Shown one piece after another: positions 25,049 to 38,745 of a DNA stretch of 64,000 bases; the stretch's first letter is position 1; each line of letters opens with the position of its first letter. The notes under the pieces were generated by a model that saw nothing but the letters and a program-made list of their open reading frames with translations, had not been told where the DNA came from and searched no databases. This DNA is from Octopus sinensis (Eukaryota): the NCBI RefSeq assembly GCF_006345805.1, contig NC_043005.1, positions 108,438,001 to 108,502,000 of the forward strand. The letters are read 5' to 3'. Both the position numbers and the translations under genes were made by a program.

Positions 25049-25500
25049 TATGTGAGTATGTTATTCATATACACATTTATACATACATGCATATAGACAC
25101 AAACAAAACATACATATTTAATGGAGTGCCAAACTGCTGTATCTCATAGTCTGTTAGGTTTATAATTTGAGATATAAAGATATAAAGAAAATATTTGCCA
25201 CCATTTTAACAGTGTTTTGCCACCATTTTCTCCAAAAGTTCCATTTTACATTAATTTTTTACTCTATCAATTTACTATATTTTCGATTTGAAATTCTTCC
25301 CTTCAGCATGGTTCTTACCATTTATGTAATGGTGTAATATTTCCTTTGAACTACATTTCTTTGTCTCTCTCTCTCTCTTTCTTTCTCTCTCTCACTCTCT
25401 CTTTCTGATTGATATCTTGTTGCTTTTCCTCTTTCTCTCATTCTTGTTCATTATATCATGTCTCACTCACTTTCCATATATTTCATCGTATGTATAAATT

Positions 25501-25604
<104 letters not shown>

Positions 25605-25623
25605 TATATATACATATATGTAT

Positions 25624-25733
<110 letters not shown>

Positions 25734-25798
25734 ATATATATATAATATATATATAATTATATATATATATATATATATATACATATATGTATATAAAT

Positions 25799-25829
<31 letters not shown>

Positions 25830-26630
25830 ATATATATACATATCTACACACACATATTCAGATAAAAAATAAATGTATATGTAGTACTTATGTCTCATGT
25901 GTATATATGTGTATGTGTTGTCTATGTGTATATATATATGTATATATATATGTGTGTTGAGTGTATGTATGCATAAGCATACACATTCATACAAAGCCTG
26001 TTCTAGATATATGTATTTCTGTGTGCTTAAGAAGCTAGGATAAACATTTCAAAATCAAATTGAACACCATACATTGGTGTTTTTGCCTGCAGCTAGAAAT
26101 ATCATTAACAATTCTATAACAATATATATCAGTAGACTAGCACATATCTACCTTTATGGATACAAACATACATACATACATATAAATATAAGCATGTGCA
26201 TGTGTGTATTGATATAGTTCTAGTATAACTGAGAATATTGTTACTTGGAGTTTCCTATATGGATTATACCAAACAATTGATGGACACTGTTAAACCAATC
26301 CATTGATTGCCAAGAAAATTTTTTGATATGAAACTCTGAATAACTATGTCCTAAGCTATATCAGGATTATATCAGAACAAATGCTTCTCTCTACATCTGT
26401 ATCAACTGTTCATTTTATGACTTATGTAAATCCATTTTCATTATTGTTTGGTTTGGAAGAGTTGTATTTCATTATAGTTAATAAGTCCTACAAATATTCA
26501 CCGGTTGTTGTTTGTCTATATCTTTCTTCTTTTTTCCAAAGCCATTGTTCCTTTATCTTGCCCGAAATATTTTTCGTTACATCAACCTGTAGCTCTTTCG
26601 AGATGACGCACAGGAAATATAAAAACTTAC

Positions 26631-26663
26631 TATGGGAAAGATCCAGCACTTTGCTGTTTCCAT
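26631..26663 (-). other. Candidate 33-nt micro-exon
   Basis: aatgcttttgcag|ATGGAAACAGCAAAGTGCTGGATCTTTCCCATA|gtaagt; open as METAKCWIFPI or (D)GNSKVLDLSH. Confidence 0.25.
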
Positions 26664-26964
26664 CTGCAAAAGCATTTTTATTAGCATTGGTTACTCATCT
26701 TAACATGCCATCAATATGCTAGTAGCTATGGAAGTATGGCTAAAAATTACATGTGGCAACAAACAAATCCTCTATTCACATTGCATAAACCTGTGGCCAA
26801 TAAGCACCCCGCCTTCCAGAGCTATGTCATGTCAACAAACCTCAAAATAAATATTTCAGCTGATGATCTTGTGGGTGATATGAGAAATGTGTCCAACTTA
26901 TGAAGGGAGAAAGCATGTACAAGATTTCATCCATTGCATGTAGTCTCCATATACAACAGTGGCC

Positions 26965-27395
26965 ATAGGCGCATGAGTGGCTATAGGTGCATGAGTGGCT
27001 GTGTGGTAAGTAGCTTGCTTACCAACCACATGGTTCCGGGTTCAGTCCCACAGCATGGCATCTTGGGCAAGTGTCTTCTGCTATAGCCCCGGGCCAACCA
27101 ATGCCTTGTGAGTGGATTTGATAGACGGAAACTGAAAGAAGCCTGTCGTATATATGTATATATATATATGTGTGTATGTGTTTATGTTTGTGTGTCTGTG
27201 TTTGTCCCCCTAGCATTGCTTGACAACCGATGCTGGTGTGTTTACGTCCCCGTCACTTAGCGGTTCGGCAAAAGAGACCGATAGAATAAGTACTGGGCTT
27301 ACAAAGAATAAGTCCCGGGGTCGATTTGCTCGAGTAAAGGCAGTGCTCCAGCATGGCTGCAGTCAAATGACTGAAACAAGTGAAAGAGTAAAGAT
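26965..27395 (+). mobile_element. SINE family A with duplicated 18-nt 5' end
   Basis: ataggcgcatgagtggct-ataggtgcatgagtggct followed by the full body. Confidence 0.9.
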
Positions 27396-27570
27396 TAAAG
27401 TACATAAAGGAGTTGGAAAACATTTGAAACCGTTGTTAATAATGATGTTAATGAAGTGAACTCCATGTACTGGAGAAAATTCTGGTATGATCAGGAGAAA
27501 AAGAAATTGCCTCAAAAAAATGAAATTGGATGGGTTTGTTGTAGATGATACATCATTCATCATCATTTAA

Positions 27571-27984
27571 GGCAGTGAGCTGGCAGAATCGTTAGCACGC
27601 CGGGTGAAATGCTTAGCAGTATTTCATCTGCCGCTACGTTCTGAGTTCAAATTCCACTGAGGTCAACTTTGCCTTTCATCCTTTCGGGGTCGATTAAATA
27701 GTACCAGTTATGCACTGGGGTCAATATGATTCACTTAATCTGTTTGTCTGTCCTTATTTGTCCTCTCTGTGTTTAGCCCCTTGTGGGTAGTAAAGAAATA
27801 GGTATTTCATCTACTGCTACATTCTGAGTTCAAGTTCCGCCGAGGTCGACTTTGCCTTTCATCCTTTTTGGGTCGATTAAATAAATACCAGTTACGCACT
27901 GGGGTCGATATAATCGACTTAATCCGTTTGTCTGTCCTTGTTTGTCCTCTCTGTGTTTAGCCCCTTGTGGGTAGTAGAAAAATA
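27571..27984 (+). mobile_element. SINE family B dimer with 17-bp flanking duplication
   Basis: Two body units, period 183; gatacatcattcatcat at 27547-27563 and 27985-28001. Confidence 0.92.
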
Positions 27985-29905
27985 GATACATCATTCATCA
28001 TAGGACTGCAACATCAGGGCTGATCTAAATATAAACAAAAACAACTACAACATAAAAACAACTGCATGTTTGGCTCAGCAGGTCTGTGCTTTGATTAAAA
28101 ATATTTTATACCAACAACAATTTTTACTAAGAGAGGATCTACCATGTCAGAATAAAAGATGAGATTGTCACAATGAGAAGATTTTTCTACCATTGGTTTA
28201 CTGGGTAAGGATTGATCTGGCACTAAAAAACAACAGCAAAAAGTGCATGACTGACTCATCTAAATTCTGTTTTGATTAGAAATCTCTCCATCACAGCTAG
28301 TTTTCACTGGCAAAAACTGGAGTTGATCCTAATCATATGACTGTATTAAATGCCACAAATTGTATGAAGGAGTAGACAAGACATATGACAAGTGTCTGCT
28401 GCCAGCATTTATTTGTCTCTTGCATGGTGTCCGAGCATCATCGCTGCATACATCGTCATTGTACGCATCACCAACATCATCGTTGTCATCATTGGAAGTA
28501 TCACTGACATGGAGATATTTATCATGGATTTCTGTCACATTAAAGTTATATACAAATATATATATGTGTATATATACAGAGAGAGAGAGGAGGAGAGGGG
28601 GAGAGAGAAAGAGAAAGAGAGAGAGAAAAATAGGTATGTGTATGTATATAATTGTATGACTATATTTGTATGTATGCATGTACATATGTATATACGTATA
28701 TACATATGTGTATATATATATATATGTGTGTGTATACATATATATATATATTTATATATATATATATATATATATATGTGTGGTGTGTATACATATATAT
28801 ATATATATTTATATAATATATATAATATATATGTGTGTATACATATGTATATATATTTATATATATATATATATGTATACACACACATATATGTATACAT
28901 ATATATACATATACTACATACACTTACATATATATAAGTGCATGTGTAAGTGCAAATTACTCATATATACATGCATATACAAATATACAAACATATGTAA
29001 CAGACATTAGTTTTCACTGTCCTGTCTCTAAGATACTGCAGTGCTGTGTAAAACTTATAACCATCATCATCATCATCATCATAATCCTCCTCCTCATCAT
29101 CATCATAGACAGCAGCAGCAGCAAGAGTGTCATCTTTACTATACATGCTGTCATCATCATCCTCACCACCACCTCCACCACCACCGTGCCGCCACCACCG
29201 CCATCATCGACATGAATAAATGAAACTGAGCAACAGATAATCCATCTAAAAATGAGAAGCAACAAAAAAAAAACTAAATATAACCCCAAAACACACACAC
29301 ACACACACACAAAAATCACAAATTTATAATAAATCTAAAAACAGAATAAAAAATCCCCCACTCCATATTCCACCCCTCAAAATACCCTGCAAGTCCACTG
29401 AAATAATAAAAAAGAAAATACAAAAGAAAAATAAAGAAAATACACAACATACTATAATAACAACAACAACAACAACAACAACAATGATAAGGCTGAGAAG
29501 ATGAAAACTAAAAATTGATCATACGACATTAATATATTCCAAACCATTGTAATAACGTGAAATATGAAACCATGATGGGTTGGTTCTCTCTCATGTTTTA
29601 TTCAATTATTGACTCAATAGATTGAATGCTGAAATCAGAGACCACATTAGACATACAACACCTTGCGCAAAGCTTCACCGAAACCAACTTCCCTCTCTCT
29701 GTTGCTCTCCCTCTCTCTCTCTCTACTCTCCTTACTTCCTTACTCTCCTTCTGATATCTTCATATCTTGGACTTGATCATCATTTCTTTATTTTACCATA
29801 AACAGTATAAATGGAAACATGTTAATTCATTTGGATATGTAAATATATATATACATACCCACCTATATATATCTATACATGCATGCATCTTTATATATAT
29901 ATATG

Positions 29906-29940
<35 letters not shown>

Positions 29941-30180
29941 GTATATGTATGTATGCATGTATGTGTGTGTTTGTCTATACAGTCACACACACATACGCAT
30001 ATAAAGATATACATGGATATCATATATGCAGATGGGTAGATACGTAGATAACTAGCAATAGATACACATATATATCTGTATGCAAGCAGGGTATATATTA
30101 CATTATTAAGATATATATATATATGTATAATATATTTATGTATTTATATGCATAAAAGTACACATACATGTATATTCTTG

Positions 30181-30550
30181 TATTCTTTTATTCTTTTAAA
30201 GGTTTCAGTCATTTGACTGTAGCCATGCTGGAGCACCACCTTTAGTTGAACGATTTAACTCAAGAATAATTCTTTGTAAGCCTAGTACTTATTGTATCAA
30301 TCTCTTTTGCTGAACCACTAAGTTAAAGGGATGTGAACACACCAACATCAGTTGTCAAGTGATGGTGGGGGGACAAACACAGACACAAAGACATATGGGC
30401 TTCTTTCAGTTTCCATCTACGAAATCCACTCACAAGGCTTTGGTTGGCCCGAGGCTATAGCAGAAGACACTTGCCCAGAGTGCCACACAGTGGAACTGAA
30501 CCCAGACCCATGTGGTTGGTTAGCAAGCTACTTACCACACAGCCACTCCT
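30181..30550 (-). mobile_element. SINE family A
   Basis: Full structure; internal microsatellite nearly absent. Confidence 0.9.
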
Positions 30551-31110
30551 TGTGAAAATATAATTTAGTCATTTAGAATATAATTGACAATATCAATATA
30601 ATTGTCAATTATCAATAACGTTTTCCCTGTTGTCTGAATTCTTGGGCCAACACATCAGGTTCTTTAGAAGGAAAAAATGTTTGGAAAATTTTTTTGACAT
30701 CACCTTCGGTTTTACCTGAAGGTTTTACCAATCATAGAGGGTTCTAGTGACTTGAATAAGTGAAAGCTGATAGTGTTAGATGTGTGAGTAGTACAGGTGA
30801 GCTGAAGCTTCTTAGCCTAATGAATTTATCTTTCCTTTGTTTAACTATTGTGAATGTGGATTTGCATTATTGTGTTGCAAGATGAGGGACCCACTTAATT
30901 TCTCTATGCACTTTCCCAATGTGCTTGGGATTATCTTGCATAGTGGACCAAGATTTATTAAGCCTCTGGTATAAATCCCTGATAGTTTGTTATGGATCCT
31001 CTTCAGTTGTTATTTTCACTGCATCATTTTTGAGGATGGTGGGTTTTCCACAGCGATATCCATCCAAAAGGCAGAAAACAATGACTTTGGATTTCCAAAC
31101 GTGCGTGCGC

Positions 31111-31152
<42 letters not shown>

Positions 31153-31236
31153 ACAAAAACACTCATGCACACACACACATACACACAAACACACAAACAT
31201 GCATACACACACACGCACAAATGTATGATATATATA

Positions 31237-31625
31237 GGCACAGAAGTGGCTGTGTGATAAGTAGCTTGCTTACCAACCACATGGTTCCGGATTCAGTCCC
31301 ACAGCGTGATGCCTTGGGCAAAGCGTCTTCTACTATAACCTTGGGCCGACCAAAGCCTTGTGAGTGGATTTGGTAAATGGAAACTGAAAGAAGCCCGTCA
31401 TAAATATGTATATGTATATATATATGTGTGTGTGTGTGTGTCTGTGTTTGTCCCCACAACATCGCTTAACAACCTAAGCCGGTTGTTAACAACTTAGCAG
31501 TTCGGCAAAAGAGACCGATAGAATAAGTACTAGGCTTACAATGAATTAGTTCTGGGGTCGATTTGCTTGACGAAAAGGCGGTGCTACAGCATGGCCATAG
31601 TCAAATGAGTGAAACAAGTAAAAGA
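31237..31625 (+). mobile_element. SINE family A
   Basis: Full structure. Confidence 0.9.
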
Positions 31626-31826
31626 CATATGGATGTCTGATACATATGTCCATGTATATGTGTGTCTGTATGTGTGTGTGTGCATGTGTGTGTGTAGATA
31701 TATATATATATACAGACACATACATGCACACACACACACACATATACATATATTCATACATATATACATATATATACATACATATATATATATATATATA
31801 TAATATATATGTGTGTGTGTGTGTGG

Positions 31827-32135
31827 AGGCATAATGGCCCAGTGGTTAGGGCAGCGGACTCGCAGTTGTAGGATCATGGTTTCGATTCTCAGACTGGCCG
31901 CTATGAGTGTTTATTGAGCGAAAACACCTAAAGCTCCACAAGGCTCCAGCAAGGGGTGGTGGCGATCCCTGCTGTACTCTTTCGCCGCACGCAACTTTCT
32001 CTCACTCTTTCTCCTATTGGCCTGCTCGCTTTGCCAGCAGGGTGGCGTCATTTGAAGGCTAAAACAATACGAAGCGCATTGTGACCAGCGATGTGTAGCA
32101 ACATCTGATAGCCTGGTTGGTCATAATGATCACTG
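31827..32135 (+). mobile_element. tRNA-derived SINE family G (possibly tRNA-Arg-like)
   Basis: A-box TGGCCCAGTGGTTAG, B-box GGTTTCGATTCT; body gagcgaaaacacctaaagctccac is shared with 48135-48330. Confidence 0.8.
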
Positions 32136-32157
32136 TGTATATATTTATATATATATA

Positions 32158-32219
<62 letters not shown>

Positions 32220-32241
32220 TTAATATTATATATTATATATT

Positions 32242-32299
<58 letters not shown>

Positions 32300-32908
32300 C
32301 ATATATACATACATATATATACATACACATGCATACACATATATATACACATACAAGCAAACACATACACACATACATACATGTCTGACTGATATGTCTG
32401 TGTGTCTTCCTATTGTTTCAAAGTATGTTTTGATGCTGTTGTTCAACCCCAGATCTGTTCCCATTGGGCAGACACCCATGATGAATGAGATTCTGGTGAG
32501 GACTATGTCTTTTTTACAGCATGTGGGCAACATTTTCTATTGTGTTCGTTTCTTATTTAAGACAGAATTAATTAACATGATGGAGATTTGATTGCTATTT
32601 CTTTGCTGTAGTTGTTGGTATTGTTGTTGTTGTTGTTTACGGTGATGGTAGGGGGCCTTGTTCTTAGAGATGGTAGTGCTGGTGCTGTTGGTGGTGCTAA
32701 TAATGATGGCAATTGATAATATCTGGTATTGTTTTTCCAGTTGTGTGGAGTGGCCATGTGTATTGAAAAATCTTGCATTGCAACTATTTGGGGTCAGTTC
32801 CAGTTGTACACCATAGCACCTTGGATAGGTACACTCTAATATTCTTGTATGGCCTTGAACCAACAAATGGCGTGTGGATGAATATGGGGGACAAAACTGT
32901 GGAAGCCT

Positions 32909-33301
32909 GTCTGTGTGGTAAGTAGCTTGTTTACCAACCACATGATACCAGGTTCAGTTCCACTGCGTGGCACCTTGGGCAAGTGTCTTCTACTTATAGC
33001 CTCAGGCCGACCAAAGCCTTGTGAATGGATTTGGTAGACGGAAACTGAAAGAAGCCTGTTGTATTATGTATATATGTATATGTGTGTGTGCGTGTATGTT
33101 TGTGTTTGTTCCCCTAGCATTGCTTGACAACCAATGCTGGTGTGTTTACATCCCCGTCACTTAGCGGTTCGGCAAAAGAGACCGATAGAATAAGTACTGG
33201 GCTTACAAAGAATAAGTCCCGGGGTCGAGTTGCTCGATTAAAGGTGGTGCTCCAGCATGGCCGCAGTCAAATGACTGAAACAAGTGAAAGAGTAAAGAGT
33301 A
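32909..33301 (+). mobile_element. SINE family A
   Basis: Near full length, preceded by an older decayed copy (about 32760-32905). Confidence 0.9.
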
Positions 33302-33383
33302 TACTTTATTTAAAAGCAGCAGAAATTTAACAAAAGCTGTTACTCGGAGTTTCACGCTCCCATTCATCGGACAATTTTGCATG

Positions 33384-33436
<53 letters not shown>

Positions 33437-34231
33437 GTGGTTTAAAAATACATGCAGTCTATGTAGGTGTCTTTTCAAAAGAACTATCTGTCCTTGTTTG
33501 TCCCTTCTATGTTTAGCCCCTTGTGGGTAATAAAGAAACAGATACTCTATTCAATGCCTTAACATCAGTGCTCGAACAAAGCATGTGCTATGATGGTCAG
33601 AAAGAAGAGTTAGAAGAACAAAAGTGCAACCTGAAACATTTCTTCCTCTCATTCAAAAATTTCTTCTCATTCATGCAAAAACCTCATCGATTTGAACTAT
33701 CATAACAAGGTGATGCGGGACATAGAATGCACTTAGGATGGGACATAAGAAGTGGGTCGTGGAGCATAGTATTTCGATCATCTTGTGATGGGTGGTACAA
33801 AGTCATGTTTAAAAATACTCTCAAGAGAATATAATTTGTACAACAATCCTTTATTAATCATGACAGAATGACAGGTCACATTAAAACACTTAGATACAGA
33901 CCACTGGTTTACATTTCTGCTCTCAATTAATCAGGTGTTAAAATAGTTACCTGTTAATGTGGATGGAGTGTGCATAAAATTGTAGTTTATAGTGTCATAC
34001 ATATTGATAGAATACAGATTTCAATTTTATTGTCATTCCTCTAATATGCATGAGTGCATTACTTAATGAGCAAAGTAGAAGTGTATGCAAATAAACGTGT
34101 GTGTATGTATACAGATATATACATATATTTATGCACACACACACACATACACATACACACGCATACACATATATGAATAAATACACACACATACAAACAC
34201 TCACTGAGATGTGCTTTATTGAAAATTAATA

Positions 34232-34332
34232 TAGGAGTGGCTGTGTGGTAAGTAGCTTGCTTACCAACCACATGGTTCCAGGTTCAGTCCCACTGCATGG
34301 CACATTGGGCAAGTGTCTTCTACTATAGCCTC
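34232..34332 (+). mobile_element. SINE family A head fragment
   Basis: Head only; ends in (CA)n just before the mariner. Confidence 0.85.
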
Positions 34333-34352
34333 ACACACACACACATAATATA

Positions 34353-34907
34353 CAGGGTCAGGCAAAATGATTTGACACATTTGTAGGTTAAATAAAAGGC
34401 AAATGAAGTAAAGAAACAAAAAAGTGTTTTTATTTTTGAAAAGTACTTATAATGCCATTTTGCTTCATTATGTTTTAAAAATTAAATCAGTCAAATGGGA
34501 TCCATTATTGTCCACACACTGTCGAAGGCGTTCACGAAAGTTGTCAATAACTCGGCGGGTCATTTCATGTGGAATGGCAGTAATTTCTTGACGAATTGCA
34601 TCTTTAAGTTTTGGCGGTGCGAGGTCGGCCGGTTGATTTTCATTTCAATGCAGATCCAGTAGCTCTGAAGTTGGTAACCCATAACAAGATCGTGTTTCGA
34701 GCTGGTACGGGATCACATCTACCAAGATTGAAGTGCAAATGGAACGCTCTTTGTGTTGCAGTTACAGAATCGTTTGTTTTGATAAACGTTTCCACAATGA
34801 AAGTGCGATGCTCACCAGTCCAATTCATGGCAGCAACTGAAAAAGAAACGAAAAACAATGCCTTTTATTTAACCTACAAATGTGTCAGATCATTTTGCCT
34901 GACCCTA
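34353..34907 (-). mobile_element. Internally deleted Tc1/mariner element (DUF4817-type N-terminus, rosa/DD41D-like by inference)
   Basis: TA TSDs; about 48-bp TIR CAGGGTCAGGCAAAATGAT(T/C)TGACACATTTGTAGGTTAAATAAAAGGC; MNWTGEHRTFIVETFIKTNDSVTATQRAFHLHF..PARNTILLWVTNFRATGSALK..GRPR fused to a C-terminal remnant. Confidence 0.93.
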
Positions 34908-34914
34908 TATAATG

Positions 34915-35020
34915 TTCTTTTGCTCGTTTGAGTCATTTGACTGCATCCATACCGAACCACTGCCTCTGGAACCATGAGGTTGGTTAGCAAGCTATTTACC
35001 ACACAGCCACTCCTGCGCCT
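34915..35020 (-). mobile_element. Mini family A SINE (head fused to tail)
   Basis: gagtcatttgactgc tail is joined within about 25 bp to ggaaccatgaggttggttagcaagc..ccactcctgcgcc head. Confidence 0.75.
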
Positions 35021-35619
35021 ATCCAATTTTGCATAAATTTGTAGATTTGGATGTTGCTATGCTCCTATTGTTATTGAAACTCATGCATTCCTCTGACTGA
35101 GCATACCTATGCTTTAAAGTGTCCAAGCTCTGACCATCTACCTAATTGTTACCCAATATTTTTTTTTACTTCATAACATATTGAGGATCAAGAATTTTGC
35201 CTGGAACTTTTTAAAAACTTTTGCAAAATTTAAATATTAAAAAAAATTATGCAACATTGGCTTATTAACTTTGTTTTATTTATCACAAGGTTCTCCCTCA
35301 TTAGTGGAGATTATTTAAATTCTTTATCAGCCTATATTTAAATCATCTGCAGCAAATTCAGAGCCTGGGGGCCTAATCAGATATGCACAGTTATACTTAA
35401 CCAGTGTCTGGCGCTTCTGTGGCTGCATGGATTCTGTGGATAAATTGATTTGGTATATCTCCATGGCATGCCCACGAGTGAAGGGGGTCTGGTAATTGTA
35501 CTTGGAACTTGGCATTGGCTTCTGGAACACAACCTAGGAATGGTAGAGTTGGTCAAATCTCTGCAATATCATCAACCATGACGAAAAATAAATAAAGGCC
35601 AACCAAAGCAATTCATACT

Positions 35620-35674
35620 TAATAAAACATTAATAAAACATTAATAAAACATTAATAAAACATTAATAAAACAC
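35620..35674 (+). repeat. (TAATAAAACAT)x5 tandem repeat
   Basis: Five 11-bp units, each containing AATAAA. Confidence 0.95.
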
Positions 35675-35920
35675 CGGGATATCATATGTGGCGCACCAGG
35701 ACAGCAGGGCCCTGTGGTCCCATATCAGAGCCCTTAAGAACTTTTGGTTTGGAAATTTTTTTCAGGCAGCTACGATATTATCGAATGTGGTCTTTCACTT
35801 ACTTCATGATAATAGGGGGTTGAGTTGATTAAAATTTGGTTACTATTTCTTACCTCTACATAGAAATAACTACTGCTTATCTCCATGGCATAGCCTTCAC
35901 TCATGGACATGCCATGGAGG

Positions 35921-36101
35921 CACTAGCGTCACTAGTGGGGGTGGGTTGGGGGAGTGGTAGAGGTGGTCCACTCCGGGCAGTGTTTTAAAGGGGGTGGCAC
36001 TTTTGGGTCTGTTGTAGACAATAATATATGATTGTTGTGGGGTCCAGTGGGAGCAAACAGAGGGCCCACACTGGGTGGCACACACTCTAGCTATGCTAGT
36101 G
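35921..36101. mobile_element. hAT-type MITE
   Basis: TIR CACTAGC../..GCTAGTG; 8-bp TSD catggagg (35913-35920) / catggaga (36102-36109). Confidence 0.7.
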
Positions 36102-36254
36102 CATGGAGATGTGCCAAATCAATTCATCCAGAGCATCCTAGCAGCCACAAGGTAAACCAGATACTCATATGTTATGGGTTTCATCATCATTTTGTTTTGG
36201 CACATGTTTTAATTGCTTGAGTGTCGAGTGTACATGTGTTATTATCATCATCAT

Positions 36255-36815
36255 CATCATCATCATCATTTAACGTCCGCTTTCCATGCTAGCATGGGTT
36301 GGACAAATGACTGAGGGCTGGCGAACCAGATGGCTGCACCAGGCTTCAATCTTGATCTGGCAGAGTTTCTACAGCTGGATGCCCTTCCTAATGCCAACCA
36401 CTCCGAGAGTGTAGTGGGTGCTTTTATGCGCCACCGGCATGGGGCCAGTCAGGCAGCACTGGCAATGACCTCGCTCTCATCTTTTACACATGCCACCGGC
36501 ACAGGTGCCAGTAAGGCGATGCTGGTAATGATCACGCTCGAATGGTGTCTTTTACGTTCCGCTGGCACGGAGGCCAGATAGCCACTCTAGCAATGATCAC
36601 TCTCGGATGGTGCTCTTAATACCCTACTAGCACGGGGCTTGAGTGCCAGTAAGGCGACGCTAGTAATGATCACGCTCGAATGGTATCTTTTAAGTGTCAC
36701 TGGCACAGAAGCCAGTTAGCCACTCTGTCAATGATCACACTTGTATGGTGCTCTTTGCACCCTGCTCACGGACGCCAGTCATCGAATTTGATTTTGATTT
36801 TGATTTTGATTTGAT
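36255..36815 (-). mobile_element. SINE-like family C with internal minisatellite and (ATTTTG)n end
   Basis: Core as 23700; units alternate between two types (gccagtaaggcg.. and gccag(a/t)tagccactct..). Confidence 0.85.
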
Positions 36816-37217
36816 TATATATAGTAATTGTAATGAAGTTAGCAAATATATTGTGGATATTTGAATTTATATGTATGTGTATACTGGAGACACATAAGAG
36901 CTACATATGTCTGGTGTCTCTGTAGCAACTGCGATTCGTTGCTATCTTAAGTTTTATGTTCTACAGAAATAGAGACTGTTTCTGTTTCTGTGAAATGACA
37001 CTTTATTGTGTTTCATCTGATGATGTTCAAAATTGCTTTCTATAGAAGTAGAACACACACATATAAGTACACACACACATATATGTATAATGTATATATT
37101 CATATATCATATCTATATATCTCTATGTGTGTGTATACATATATGTATATCTGTGTGTATGTATGAATGAATGATATCTATCTATCTATATACACATGCA
37201 TGCACATACACACACAA

Positions 37218-37249
<32 letters not shown>

Positions 37250-37624
37250 ACACATACACACACACACACACATTTGGATTTTCCAGTGAGAAATATACAT
37301 ACATAGATATTCACAGATGACACATATTAATATGTGTCATTTTACAAAAATAAAACAAAATATTAACAAAAAAGTGAAAAAGTGATGAGATAAGAGAAAT
37401 TCACTGATAATAAAATAACTAAATATATTTTTATTTTTCTTGTGATGAGGAAAATATTCTACAAAGCTAATGTTTCCAAAATGAGGGTCTCTGGTGTTAA
37501 GTGCCATGCATATTTAATATGTCCTTTTACACAAACACACAGTTCATGAATATAGGATGACAGAAAAGGAGACACTGAAGCACACAGCTTCGATAAATAT
37601 TTTATAACTTTTTATGACACAATT

Positions 37625-37644
37625 GATCAGAATTTAACTTTATG

Positions 37645-37713
<69 letters not shown>

Positions 37714-37747
37714 ATCTATCTATCTATAAAGTAATCTCTCTCTCTCC

Positions 37748-37778
<31 letters not shown>

Positions 37779-37876
37779 CACATACATACATATATATAGA
37801 GACAGATAGATAGATAGATAGATAGATAGAATTTAACTTTACGTTTATCTATCAATTTATTCTCTCTCTCTCTCTC

Positions 37877-37911
<35 letters not shown>

Positions 37912-38010
37912 ACATATATATAATATATATACACATACATACATATATATAGAGACAGATAGATAGATAGATAGATAGATAGAATTTAACTTTACGTTTA
38001 TCTATCAATT

Positions 38011-38065
<55 letters not shown>

Positions 38066-38072
38066 ACATATA

Positions 38073-38085
<13 letters not shown>
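37625..38085. repeat. Local tandem duplication (period 153) inside compound microsatellites
   Basis: agaatttaacttta at 37629, 37828 and 37981; the last two share downstream tttatctatcaatttattctctc. Confidence 0.85.
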
Positions 38086-38105
<20 letters not shown>

Positions 38106-38271
38106 GTACATACATATATATACATATATATATATACATATACATATATATACATATATATATACATATACATATATATATATACATATATATACATATA
38201 CATATATATATATAAACATATACATATATATACATACATATACATATACATACATATGTATATACACATAC

Positions 38272-38302
<31 letters not shown>

Positions 38303-38559
38303 GATAGATAGATAGATAGATAGATAAAGATAGATAGATAGATAGATATATGAGTGCATGCACACATACACACATACTTTTTTGATATAGGTGAACTACA
38401 TCATATACACATCTATATGCATGATATACATCACACATATATAATGTTATCATCTCAGATTTATGCTTCTATGAATATTACGCATATACATACTGGAGAT
38501 GTTTTCTTCTATGCAGCATCTCACCACTGGTTGCTTTTTTGGGGCAACAACTTCTAGAA

Positions 38560-38745
38560 AATCTACATCCTGGGACCAGATTTCAGTGCCTCTTCCTGTG
38601 ACTACCACCACAAGCATCCTTTTCAATAACTACCATCTATTCTGATTGCTAGGTACTTCTTTACTTAACCATCATCCTTTGTACATGTCGTATGACTAAA
38701 CCAGTACAAGCTTCTCTTCTGCATACATGGGCTTTCTTTCATGCT
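38560..38745 (-). pseudogene. RTE-clade LINE fragment (C-terminal region)
   Basis: MQKRSLYWFSH resembles RTE RRLRWxGH; decayed. Confidence 0.5.

Noticed and set aside
26631-26693. LRR-like reading KNAFADGNSKVLDLSH
   Set aside because: Spacing is one residue short, conserved leucines are missing and there is an upstream in-frame stop; kept only as a weak micro-exon candidate.
35399-35530. Possible phase 1-1 exon GCVPEANAKFQVQLPDPLHSWACHGDIPNQF..
   Set aside because: A diverged inverted copy nearby indicates a repeat, and the donor (gttaag) is weak.
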